Positions 1-9,302 of a DNA stretch of 64,000 nucleotides are shown in pieces; position 1 is the stretch's first letter, and every line of letters begins with the position of its first letter. A model generated the notes under the pieces. It was not told the DNA's origin and did not search any database. It worked only from the letters and a program-made list of their open reading frames with translations. This DNA is from an uncultured Chloroflexia bacterium (GTDB taxonomy: Bacteria > Chloroflexota > Limnocylindria > Limnocylindrales > CSP1-4): contig CAWFXA010000002.1 in the NCBI GenBank assembly GCA_963819655.1, forward strand, positions 384,001 to 448,000. The letters are read 5' to 3'. Position numbers and translations under genes: made by a program.

Positions 1-64
1 CGGCGGCCTTGGCCGCATAGAAGATGTTCGCCACGTCCACGAAGACGGCGACGTTCTTGCTCAA
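1..64 (-). CDS. NYN/LabA (DUF88) domain protein, 5' fragment running off the window edge
   Basis: Reverse strand reads TTG-SKNVAVFVDVANIFYAAKA (NYN 'VFVDxxN' motif), with AAAGGAG RBS upstream. Confidence 0.75.
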   Translation of the reverse strand, partial: MSKNVAVFVDVANIFYAAKAA

Positions 65-134
65 ACTGGTACTCCTTTGGAGCTGGTTATTGATGCCCGG
101 CCGGCGCGATCACGCTGCGCGGCGGGGCCGATGA

Positions 135-599
135 TCAGAAGCGGCGCGTGGTGCTTCCCACCGCGGCCACGGTTCGTTGGATACGCGGACCGGCCGGGGT
201 GAACCCCAGGGCCGCCCAGCGACCGAGGGTCGCCGGATCGTCCGGTCGGGCTGCTTCCACGAGGGTGCAGCCCTTATTGCTGGCCGAGCGGATGGCCTCC
301 TCGAGGAGGGCACCCGCGACCCGTTCGTCGTCGTGGTCGGGATCGACGACCAGGAGGTCGATCGTCCCGACGAAGCCGCCGGCGGTGACCGACGGACGGA
401 GGGCCAGGACGGCCCCGCCGACGACGTGACGCTGGGTCTCGGCCACGAAGATGCTGGCTTGCGGCAGGTACACGAGCTGCCGGAGCAGATCGGCGGCGTC
501 GAGCGGGCTCGATCCTCGTTCCACGCGACCGTCAGCATCGCTCAGCGCGACAAGACGGTCGATATCGGTGATACGGGCGGCTCGGACCAGATATTCCAC
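135..599 (-). CDS. GNAT family N-acetyltransferase
   Basis: IRxA-like start (VRAARITD), 'IDLLVVDPD...VAGALLEEA...KGC' motif A region, 'ALGF' C-terminus. Confidence 0.75.
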   Translation of the reverse strand: MEYLVRAARITDIDRLVALSDADGRVERGSSPLDAADLLRQLVYLPQASIFVAETQRHVVGGAVLALRPSVTAGGFVGTIDLLVVDPDHDDERVAGALLEEAIRSASNKGCTLVEAARPDDPATLGRWAALGFTPAGPRIQRTVAAVGSTTRRF

Positions 600-740
600 G
601 CCGAAGGTTCACACCTCGCAGGACGGCGACCGTTTGCCCCTCGACCGGGGCCATCCCGACCCTGGGCCGGGACCGGGGGCCCGCTATCCCGCTTGCCGCC
701 GTGCGTGACGCTGCGGCGAAAGGGACGCGACCGACCGGTG

Positions 741-768
741 TTGCATTCGGGTCGCCGGTGCATATGAT
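741..768 (+). promoter_or_regulatory. Putative sigma70 promoter for the liv operon
   Basis: TTGCAT-N16-TATGAT in an AT-richer patch of the divergent intergenic region. Confidence 0.35.
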
Positions 769-997
769 ACGGCATCGTTTCGGCGGTCACCTGCGCGCCG
801 CTCGAGGACGGTCCTGCGACGTCTCCGTCACGCACCACAGCTTGCCCCGTTGGCGCCCTGGGAGGGCACCGTCGACCGGGACGAGCGTATGAGGGTGGAC
901 GGAGGTGTCCGCATCTCCGGACCGAGCCGGGGCCAGTGTCGACGATCGACGGTCGTCCGGGAGGACCCGGGCGATCCATCATCCAGGAGGAGTGTGC

Positions 998-2226
998 ATG
1001 AACAAGAGCAGAGTCGGGGCACTTGCCGCCGTCGCCATGCTCGCCTTTGCGGCGTGTGGCACCGGTGGCGGGGCTGCCAGCAAGGGCGACATCGAGGTTT
1101 GGTCCTCGCTTCCCCGCCAAGGTTCGAGCAAGGCCCAGACCGACACGATCGTGAACGCGATCAACATGGCCATCGAAGAGAAGGGCGGCGTCGTCGGCGG
1201 TTACAAGATCGTCTACAAGGACGTCGACGATTCCACTGCCGCGGCCGGCAAGTGGGACGAGGCCACCGAGATCAAGAACGCGAACGATGCCGTCGCCAAT
1301 GACAAGGTCGTGGCGTACATCGGGACGTTCAACTCGGGTGCTGCCAAGCTGTCGATCCCCATCCTGTGCCAGAAGGGCATCGCGATGGTGAGTCCGGCCA
1401 ACACCTACCCCGGCCTGACGAAGGCCGGCAAGGGTGAGCCGAACGAACCGGATGTCTACTATCCGAACGGCTGCGCGCGGAACTATCACCGCGTCGTCGC
1501 CGCGGACGACCTCCAGGGCCTGGCCGGTGCCAAGTGGGCCGCCAAGCTGGGCGCCAAGAACGTGTACGTCCTCGATGACACCGAGCTGTACGGCAAGGGC
1601 ATCGCCGACGTCTTCAATAACGAAGCCGCCGGTGCCGGTCTGACCGTGCTCGGCCGCGACGGGATCGACGGCAAGGCGACCGACTACAAGGCCCTCGCCG
1701 AGAAGATCAAGGCCACCAACCCGGACCTCGTCTACTACGGTGGCATCACCCAGAACAACGCTGGCAAGCTGTGGGTCGACCTGCGCGACGCCATGCCCGA
1801 GGTCACCCTCATGGGACCTGACGGCATCCTCGAGCAGGAATGGATCGACGCCGCCGGTGCCGCGGCCGAAGGTACGTACATCACCTTCGGTGGCCTGCCG
1901 GCCACCGAGCTGACCGGCAAGGGTGCCGACTTCATCAAGAACTACAACGCCAAGTACCCGAACGCCAAGCCCGAGGCGTACACCGCCTACGGCTACGAGG
2001 CTGCAGGCGTCGTCCTCGCGGCCATCGAGCGGGCCGCGGCGACGAACCCGGCCGACATGACTGCGCTCCGCGCGGCCGTGCTCAAGGAGATCCACGCGAC
2101 GAAGGACTATGACGGTGCCCTCGGCAAGTGGAGCTTCAACGAGGAAGGCGACACGACCCTGACCGCCATGTCGGGGAACATCGTCAAGGACGGTGCAAGT
2201 TCGCGTTCGATAGCGTCATCGAATAG
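998..2226 (+). CDS. livJ: Branched-chain amino acid ABC transporter substrate-binding lipoprotein (apparent frameshift near 2193-2196)
   Basis: AGGAGG RBS, lipobox LAFAAC, IGTFNSG, DDTELYGKG, YGYEAA motifs; natural C-terminus KFAFDSVIE-TAG lies in another frame. Confidence 0.9.
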
Positions 2227-2252
2227 TCGCCGGCCCGCCGGGCCACGACTAC

Positions 2253-2289
2253 CCGACCGACCGTTCGGCAGTGCCGGACGGTCGGTCGG
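2253..2289 (+). terminator. Intercistronic stem-loop after livJ (mRNA stabiliser or partial terminator)
   Basis: CCGACCGACCGT...ACGGTCGGTCGG inverted repeat, no U-tract. Confidence 0.55.
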
Positions 2290-2324
2290 CACATCCAGCT
2301 CCGCAACGGTCTTGAGGAGAGAGC

Positions 2325-3251
2325 GTGGAGGAACTGGCCAAGGCGCTCACGATCGGCGTCACCAACGGCCTGATCATCGCCCTCATCGCGATCGGCTACA
2401 CGCTCGTCTACGGCATCCTCGAACTCATCAACTTCGCGCACGCCGACGTCTTCATGCTGGGTACGGCGTTCACGTTCTTCATGACGAACTTCATCGTCGA
2501 ATCGCTGGGCATCCCCGCAGCGTCACTCCTCGCGCTGCTGATGACCTTCATCGGGCTGCCCATCGTCATGCTGCTGACGGCCGGTATCAATGCCGGCATC
2601 GAACGCGTGGCCTATCGGCCACTGCGGAACGCGCCCCGTCTGGCGCCGCTCATCAGCGCGATCGGCGTGTCCTTCATCCTCCAGAACATCGGTCTGGTCA
2701 TCCTCGGCCCATCGCAGTTGAGGGTCGAAGACGTGCTCCCGTCGACCGGCCTCGTCACGTTCCCCAGCGGCGCATCCTGGTTCGGGGTCGACGAGGTCGT
2801 CGTCCTGTTGGTGACGCTGCCGCTGCTGCTCGGCCTGCGCTGGTTCGTCGGCAGCACTCGCCAGGGCAAGGCGATGCGCGCGACCGCACAGGACCGTGAT
2901 GCCTCGGGGCTCATGGGGATCGACGTCAACCGGACCATCTCACTGACGTTCCTGATCGCCGGCGCCCTGGCCGGCGCGGCCGGTCTGATCGTCGCCCTGT
3001 ACTACCGCCAGACGTTCTTCCAGTACGGGTTCCAGTTCGGCCTGCTGTCATTCACGGCGGCTGTCCTCGGCGGGATCGGCAACCTCACCGGCGCGACCCT
3101 GGGCGCCCTCGTGCTCGGGCTCGTCGCGGCGCTGTCCGACCGCTTCCTCGAGGCGAAATGGACGACGGTCATCGTGTTCGGGATCCTGATCCTCGTCCTG
3201 GTCTTCCGCCCGACAGGTCTCCTGGCAGAGAAGCAGTCGGAGCGCGCCTGA
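2325..3251 (+). CDS. livH: BCAA ABC transporter permease LivH
   Basis: ALIAIGYTLVYGILELINFAH, GKAMRATAQD, AAVLGGIG, RPTGL; GAGGAG RBS. Confidence 0.95.
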   Translation: MEELAKALTIGVTNGLIIALIAIGYTLVYGILELINFAHADVFMLGTAFTFFMTNFIVESLGIPAASLLALLMTFIGLPIVMLLTAGINAGIERVAYRPLRNAPRLAPLISAIGVSFILQNIGLVILGPSQLRVEDVLPSTGLVTFPSGASWFGVDEVVVLLVTLPLLLGLRWFVGSTRQGKAMRATAQDRDASGLMGIDVNRTISLTFLIAGALAGAAGLIVALYYRQTFFQYGFQFGLLSFTAAVLGGIGNLTGATLGALVLGLVAALSDRFLEAKWTTVIVFGILILVLVFRPTGLLAEKQSERA

Positions 3252-3252
3252 C

Positions 3253-4629
3253 ATGACCACCGCCGTACCGTCCCGCCGGCTAGCCATCCCCAATCCGCTT
3301 GGGGGAATGGACCGCCGCCGCCGCGACATGACGATCGTCGCGATCCTGATGGTCCTCGCGGTCGTGTACCCGGTGGTGTACAGGTCGCTCGAAGCGGCCC
3401 TGCCGTTCATCCCGTGGCCGGGGACCGCGGTGCTCATCACGTGCGCGACCTTCGCGATCCTCGCGCTGGGGCTCAACATCGTCATGGGCTTCGCCGGCCT
3501 GCTCGACCTCGGCTATGTCGCGTTCTACGCCATCGGCGCCTATACCACGGCGTTCCTCGCGTCGAGCCATTTCGGGATCCACATCAGCTGGTGGATCGTG
3601 ATCTGGCTGGCGGTCGGTGCGGCGGCCGTGGCCGGCATCCTGCTCGGTGCGCCGACGCTCAAGCTCCGAGGCGATTACCTGGCCATCGTCACGCTCGGCT
3701 TCGGTGAGATCGTGCGGATCGTGTTCCGCAATCTCGGCGATTTCACTCTGATCTTGCCGGCCTTCCTGGGCGGCGCGATCATCATCGGCCCGAACGCCAA
3801 CCTGACCGGCGGCAACGTCGGGATCAACCCGATCGATCCCCCGACCATCCCGATACCGGGCCCGTGGGGGAACGTGATCATCTTCTCCAACCAGAATGCG
3901 ATCGCGTCGTGGTACCTGGTCCTCGGGCTGCTCGTCCTGACGTTCTTCATCTGCGTGCGCCTGCGCAATTCGAAGCTCGGTCGGGCATGGATGGCAATCC
4001 GCGAGGACGAGACGGCGGCCGCGGCGATGGGTATCAATACGGTCACCACCAAGCTGCTCGCGTTCTCGCTCGGGGCGAGCTTCTCGGGCTTTGCCGGCGC
4101 CTTCACAGGCGCCTACCAGACGGCGATCTTCGCCGAGACCTTCAACTTCAATGTGTCGATCCTGGTGGTCGTCATGATCATCCTGGGCGGGATCGGCTCG
4201 CTCCGAGGCGTTGTGATCGGCGCATTCGCCGTGCAGTACGTCAACCAGACGCTGCTCGCGTTCCTGGGCACGCGGATCTTCAACGACCCGATCCAGGCCC
4301 TCGGCGATGCGACCGGGATCGATCTCCTGTCCGACTTCAACCTGGCCACGTACAACTACCTGATCTTCGGAATCGTCCTGGTGATCATGATGATCAAGCG
4401 GCCCGAGGGCCTGTTCCCGGACGAGAGCGCGAAGGCCGAGATGCACGGCATCGGCGTGGCGGCCGAGGTGACGGCCGGCTCGGCGGACCTGCTGGCGGCG
4501 GCCGAAGAGACCGAGACCGTCCTGCTCGGCGACGCCGCGATCGAGGATGCCACGGCGATCCCCGACACTCTGCCCGATGTCCTGCCCGATGTCCTGATCG
4601 AGCGTGACGATGGGGAACCCCCGAGATGA
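3253..4629 (+). CDS. livM: BCAA ABC transporter permease LivM
   Basis: LGLNIVMGFAGLLDLGYVAFY, LRGDYLAIVTLGFGEI, GRAWMAIREDE. Confidence 0.95.
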   Translation: MTTAVPSRRLAIPNPLGGMDRRRRDMTIVAILMVLAVVYPVVYRSLEAALPFIPWPGTAVLITCATFAILALGLNIVMGFAGLLDLGYVAFYAIGAYTTAFLASSHFGIHISWWIVIWLAVGAAAVAGILLGAPTLKLRGDYLAIVTLGFGEIVRIVFRNLGDFTLILPAFLGGAIIIGPNANLTGGNVGINPIDPPTIPIPGPWGNVIIFSNQNAIASWYLVLGLLVLTFFICVRLRNSKLGRAWMAIREDETAAAAMGINTVTTKLLAFSLGASFSGFAGAFTGAYQTAIFAETFNFNVSILVVVMIILGGIGSLRGVVIGAFAVQYVNQTLLAFLGTRIFNDPIQALGDATGIDLLSDFNLATYNYLIFGIVLVIMMIKRPEGLFPDESAKAEMHGIGVAAEVTAGSADLLAAAEETETVLLGDAAIEDATAIPDTLPDVLPDVLIERDDGEPPR

Positions 4630-5435
4630 CGGCTCAAGCCGCGACGGCACCCCAGGCCGCCGGCGACCTCCTGGTCGCCACGGACTGCACGAAGACGTTC
4701 GGCGGCCTCGTGGCGGTGAGCGACGTCGATTTCACGATCCCTCTGGGCAGCATCGTCAGCCTCATCGGTCCCAACGGAGCCGGCAAGACGACTTTCTTCA
4801 ACATGATCACCGGGCTGTACGTCCCGACGGAGGGGACGATCCGCTTCGACGGCCAGGACATCACCGGCAAGAAACCACACGAGGTCGTCCGAGTCGGGAT
4901 CGCGCGGACCTTCCAGAACATCCGGCTGTTCGGCAACATGACGGCCGAGGGGAATGTGCTGGTCGGTCTGCACCACCGGCTGAAGGGCCGCTGGATCGGA
5001 GCGATCCTGCGCACCCCCGCGATCCGTCGGGAGGAGGCGGAGGCGCACGAGCAGGCTCTGGAGCTGCTCGACCTGGTCGGCCTCCGGAGCCGCTCGGAGA
5101 CCCTCGCGCGGAACCTGCCGTACGGGGACCAGCGTCGTCTCGAGATCGCGCGTGCCCTCGCCACGGCGCCCAAGCTCCTGTTGCTCGACGAGCCGACGGC
5201 CGGGATGAACCCCGAGGAGACCCGCCGCCTGACCGACTTCGTACGCGAGCTGCGGACGCGCCTCGGTCTGACCGTCCTCCTCATCGAGCACGACATGAAG
5301 GTCGTCATGGGCATCAGCGACCGCGTGACGGTCCTCGATCACGGGGAGAAGATCGCCGAGGGCTCCCCTGCCGAGGTCCGTGCCGACGCTCGGGTCGTCG
5401 AGGCGTACCTCGGCCGCGGCGCGTCGGCAGGCTAG
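4626..5435 (+). CDS. livG: BCAA ABC transporter ATP-binding protein LivG
   Basis: GPNGAGKTT, RTFQNIRLF, LPYGDQRRLEIARAL, LLDEP, VEAYLG. Confidence 0.95.
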   Translation: MTAQAATAPQAAGDLLVATDCTKTFGGLVAVSDVDFTIPLGSIVSLIGPNGAGKTTFFNMITGLYVPTEGTIRFDGQDITGKKPHEVVRVGIARTFQNIRLFGNMTAEGNVLVGLHHRLKGRWIGAILRTPAIRREEAEAHEQALELLDLVGLRSRSETLARNLPYGDQRRLEIARALATAPKLLLLDEPTAGMNPEETRRLTDFVRELRTRLGLTVLLIEHDMKVVMGISDRVTVLDHGEKIAEGSPAEVRADARVVEAYLGRGASAG

Positions 5436-5440
5436 ACGCG

Positions 5441-6151
5441 ATGCCCCTGCTCGAGCTCCGCGACGTCCACACGTACTACGGCAACATCCATGCCCTCAAG
5501 GGCATCTCGCTGCACATCGACGTCGGCGAGATCGTCACGCTCATCGGCTCGAACGGCGCCGGGAAGTCGACGACGCTCAAGACGATCAGCGGGCTGCTTC
5601 GCCCCCGCGAGGGCGAGATCTGGTTCGAGGGCGAGCGCCTGGATGGGACGCCGGCCCACGACGTCGTGGCCAAGGGCATCAGCCAGTCGCCCGAGGGGCG
5701 GCGCATCTTCCCGCGCCTGACGGTCCGCGAGAACCTCGAGATGGGCGCGTTCCTGCGGCCGGTGGGACCGGAGAGGGCTGCGGACTTCGAGCGGGTCTAC
5801 GGCCTGTTCCCCAGGCTCAAGGAGCGTCTCAGCCAGAACGGCGGAACGCTGTCGGGCGGTGAGCAGCAGATGCTGGCGATCGGGCGAGCGCTGATGGCGC
5901 GGCCCAAGTTGCTCCTTCTCGACGAACCGTCGATGGGCCTCGCCCCGATCCTGGTCGAACAGATCTTCGAGATCGTCAAGGACATCAACGCCGGTGGGAC
6001 GACCGTCCTGCTCGTCGAGCAGAACGCGCTGATGGCGCTCGGCATCGCGGCGCGCGGGTACATCCTGCAGACGGGCGAGATCGTGCTGCACGACAACGCC
6101 GACGCGTTGAAGGTCAACCCGGAGGTCCAGAAGGCGTACCTCGGCAGCTGA
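5441..6151 (+). CDS. livF: BCAA ABC transporter ATP-binding protein LivF
   Basis: GSNGAGKST, PEGRRIF, LSGGEQQMLAIGRALM, KAYLG. Confidence 0.95.
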   Translation: MPLLELRDVHTYYGNIHALKGISLHIDVGEIVTLIGSNGAGKSTTLKTISGLLRPREGEIWFEGERLDGTPAHDVVAKGISQSPEGRRIFPRLTVRENLEMGAFLRPVGPERAADFERVYGLFPRLKERLSQNGGTLSGGEQQMLAIGRALMARPKLLLLDEPSMGLAPILVEQIFEIVKDINAGGTTVLLVEQNALMALGIAARGYILQTGEIVLHDNADALKVNPEVQKAYLGS

Positions 6152-6194
6152 CCGGCGGCGGTCGTTTGCCGATCGATACGGTACCGTCCTGACG

Positions 6195-9100
6195 ATGCCG
6201 GGTCCCATCACATCGCTGGTCCTCGCCCGTCTGCGCCGGCGAGCTGCCACCGCCGCGATCTCGGTGGCGTCCGTGGCGGCTGCGGCGGCGCTCATCGGGA
6301 TCGTGTCGGGCATCGGCCTGATCGCCTCGGATGCCACCGTGGAGCGGACGCTCGGGGCGAGTGGGGCGGACCTGCCGGTCGTGCGCGTGTCGCGCTTCTC
6401 CCCGAGCGGAGCCGATCGGGCGGAGGCCAGCGCGAGCGCTACTGCCGCTGTCGACGCCAATATGGGTGCCTTCACCGGGCCGCTCGTCGCAGGCCTGCTC
6501 GGCCATGAGCTCGCAGACCTCGAGGCACCGCTGTTCGAGCTCATCGTCGCCGTCGACGATCCCGCGACCTGGGTGACGCTCACCGAGGGCCGCCTGCCGG
6601 CGCGCTGCGAGGATGGCGAACGGTGCGAGGCGGTCCTGCTGTCGGAGAGCGCGCCGGATGTCGACTTCCGGATCGCCCGCCCCGCTCCGGGTGTCGAGCT
6701 GACGATCGTCGGGCGCGGCCTGCTCCACCCGGCGATGCCGTTCGGCGATCTCGACCAGCGCGGACCCTTCGGGAGTCGGCCGATCGGTGGCGGGGAGTAT
6801 CAGACCGGGCGTTCCAGTCCCGCGGTCATCCTGGTGAACGGCGTGAAGGCGGTGGCCGAGGCTCCCGCGTTCGATCGCACTGGCCGGACGTACGTCTGGA
6901 CAGCGCCGCTCGATGTCGATCGCGTCCACCCGTGGACGGCCGGGGCCCTGCGCGATGCGACCGCGGCGCTGGCCGGCGATCTCGCTGCCGACGACACGGC
7001 ATTCACGGTCACCAGTCCGATGCCGGGTCTGGAGGCCGCGCTGGCTCGTGCCGACGCTGCCCGAGGACGCCTCCTGATCGTCGGGTCGCTCGGCGTGGCG
7101 ATCCTTCTCGCGTTCGGGGTCTTCGTGGCTCTCGTGATCCGGGAGGACGTCGGCGCGGAGGTCGCCAGGCTCAGGGCCGTCGGCGCTCGCAGAAGAGACC
7201 TGATCGCGTTCCTCGTGCTCGAAGCGCTGATCCCTGCGGCCATCGGCGGGGTCGTGGGCTGGGCCGTCGCCGCTGTCGTCGTCGCGACGCTCAGTGCGTG
7301 GTCGGGCTCCGATGTCGGCGCGATCCTTGCCGGGACGTTGCTGGGGCCGACGCCACTGGCGGCCGCGCTGCTCGTGATCGCGGCGGCCATCGTGGCCACG
7401 ATCCTTGCGACCGCCCCAGGCATCCCGCGGGCGGGCGGGGTCCGTATCGCGACTGCGATCGCCCTGACCGCCACGATCATGCTCGGCTGGCAGCTGGCGA
7501 CAAGCGGGCCGCTCGGTGCACCGGCCCTCGCCGGCGCGATCGCCAGTCCGATCGTCGTGCTGCTGCCGCCGACGCTCGTGTTCCTGGCGGCTCTCGTCCT
7601 GACGACACTGTTGCCGCCCCTGCTGCGCGCAGTCACGCGCCGAACGACGGGTGCCCCACTGCCGATCCGTCTGTCGCTGTTATCCATCGCGCGCGATCCC
7701 GGCCGGCCGGCCGCGACCGTGACGCTCCTCGCCTTCAGCCTTGGGGCGATGGTGTTCGCGACAGCCTGGTCCGCGACCCTGCGGCAGGGGAACGAGGACG
7801 CAGCCGCGTATCGGTCGGGGCTCGACCTCCGCGTGACCGAGCTGGGAACCGCGCTCTCCGTCGCGAAGTCGGTCGTACCGGTCAGCAGATACGAGTCACT
7901 CGGCGACGATGTCAGCGCGGTGCCGGTCTTTCGCGAGACCAGCACGACGCAACCGGGGGCACGGGTCGAGATCCTCGGGATCGAGCCGGCCGCACTGCCG
8001 ACCCTCCCCGGCTGGCGCACTGACTTCTCATCGACGTCGATCGATGATCTCGCCGATCGCCTGCAGGTGCCGGCGCCCAGCGGCGGTTGGCGGTTGACCG
8101 GGCATCGATTGCCCACCGGCGTCACCGACCTCGAAGTACGGTTCACGTACAGCGGTCAGCCGGTCCGCCTCGACGCGGTCGTGGCGACCGATGGTGGCGA
8201 CGCCGCGATCGTTCCGTTGGGAACGATCCGGGACGGGATGACCAGCGCGTCGGCGCGTCTGCCCGACAGCGGGATCGGCGGCCAGCTCACTGCGCTGATC
8301 TTCCGCAACGATCAGTTGATCGCGGGCCCGCAGCATCAGGGCGACCTCGTGACCGGGACCGTGACGTTCGACGGTCTCGAGGGCCTGGTCGCGGACGACC
8401 CGATCGATCTCGAGATCTTCACGGTCTCGTCGGTGGTGATCCGCGCCCCCCAGGCGTCCGACGGCGTGGTCCTGCCGGCGATCGTCAGCCCGAACCTCGC
8501 CCGCGATGCGGCCGCGGATGGCAGCCTCGACCTGCACGTCGGAGGCGGCAGCGTGCCCCTGCGCGTCGTCGGGACCGCGGCCTGGGCACCGACCATCACG
8601 GACGCGAACCCGAGGTTCGTCATCGTTCCGCTCGATCCGCTGCTCGTGGCGGTGGCGTCCGCGTTGCCGGGGGCTGGCAGACCGACCGAGATGTGGATCA
8701 CCGCGCCGACCCCCCAACGCCTCGACGAGGTGCGCCACGCGCTGGGCCAGGCCCCGTTCCGTTTCGCCGAGGTGACCGCCCGAGCCGATCTCGTCGCCGA
8801 CCGCGCCGGCGACCCGCTCACCCAAGCGATCGTCTGGTCACTGGTCGTGGCCGCTATCGCCGGACTGCTCCTGTCCGTGGGCGGGCTCATCCTCGGTACT
8901 GTCACGGATCTGCGTGACGAACGCGGTGAGCTGGCCGATCTCGAGGCGCAAGGCATCCCGCCGTCATCGTTGCGCTGGCATGCCCTGGCGCGCACCGCGT
9001 GGCTGGCGATCGGCGGGGGCATCGCCGGCCTGGTCGCCGGCCTCCTGCTGGCGGTGGTGGTGACCGGAGCACTCGCCCTCGACGCGGAGGGCCGCCTGCC

Positions 9101-9302
9101 GATCCCGCCATTGGTCGTTGTGCTGCCACCGCTGCAGATCGCACTCGTCGTCGGTGGTGTCGTGGTCCTGGTCCTGGCGATCGCGACATGGCTCGCTCGT
9201 CGTACCTACGGGCGGGCGACGCTCGGTGAACGGCGTGGGGGCGTCGCGCCGCGCCAGCGCGGTGCTGCCTGGACGGCCGGATCGGAGCATGTCGATGGCT
9301 GA
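6195..9302 (+). CDS. Large FtsX/MacB-like ABC transporter permease (two permease repeats)
   Basis: Two hydrophobic clusters with 'EVARLRAVGA' and 'ELADLEAQG' FtsX-type motifs separated by large extracellular domains; overlaps ATPase gene. Confidence 0.75.
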   Translation: MPGPITSLVLARLRRRAATAAISVASVAAAAALIGIVSGIGLIASDATVERTLGASGADLPVVRVSRFSPSGADRAEASASATAAVDANMGAFTGPLVAGLLGHELADLEAPLFELIVAVDDPATWVTLTEGRLPARCEDGERCEAVLLSESAPDVDFRIARPAPGVELTIVGRGLLHPAMPFGDLDQRGPFGSRPIGGGEYQTGRSSPAVILVNGVKAVAEAPAFDRTGRTYVWTAPLDVDRVHPWTAGALRDATAALAGDLAADDTAFTVTSPMPGLEAALARADAARGRLLIVGSLGVAILLAFGVFVALVIREDVGAEVARLRAVGARRRDLIAFLVLEALIPAAIGGVVGWAVAAVVVATLSAWSGSDVGAILAGTLLGPTPLAAALLVIAAAIVATILATAPGIPRAGGVRIATAIALTATIMLGWQLATSGPLGAPALAGAIASPIVVLLPPTLVFLAALVLTTLLPPLLRAVTRRTTGAPLPIRLSLLSIARDPGRPAATVTLLAFSLGAMVFATAWSATLRQGNEDAAAYRSGLDLRVTELGTALSVAKSVVPVSRYESLGDDVSAVPVFRETSTTQPGARVEILGIEPAALPTLPGWRTDFSSTSIDDLADRLQVPAPSGGWRLTGHRLPTGVTDLEVRFTYSGQPVRLDAVVATDGGDAAIVPLGTIRDGMTSASARLPDSGIGGQLTALIFRNDQLIAGPQHQGDLVTGTVTFDGLEGLVADDPIDLEIFTVSSVVIRAPQASDGVVLPAIVSPNLARDAAADGSLDLHVGGGSVPLRVVGTAAWAPTITDANPRFVIVPLDPLLVAVASALPGAGRPTEMWITAPTPQRLDEVRHALGQAPFRFAEVTARADLVADRAGDPLTQAIVWSLVVAAIAGLLLSVGGLILGTVTDLRDERGELADLEAQGIPPSSLRWHALARTAWLAIGGGIAGLVAGLLLAVVVTGALALDAEGRLPIPPLVVVLPPLQIALVVGGVVVLVLAIATWLARRTYGRATLGERRGGVAPRQRGAAWTAGSEHVDG

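Noticed and set aside
770-997. Amino-acid riboswitch or T-box in the long liv leader
   Set aside because: No glycine-riboswitch, T-box or leader-peptide signature recognisable by eye.
905-2899. 664-aa 'extended' LivJ ORF
   Set aside because: Explained by a frameshift near 2194; the tail is out-of-frame livH sequence.
4570-4596. 12-bp tandem duplication (LPDV-LPDV) in the livM tail
   Set aside because: Trivial in-frame duplication in a disordered C-terminus.
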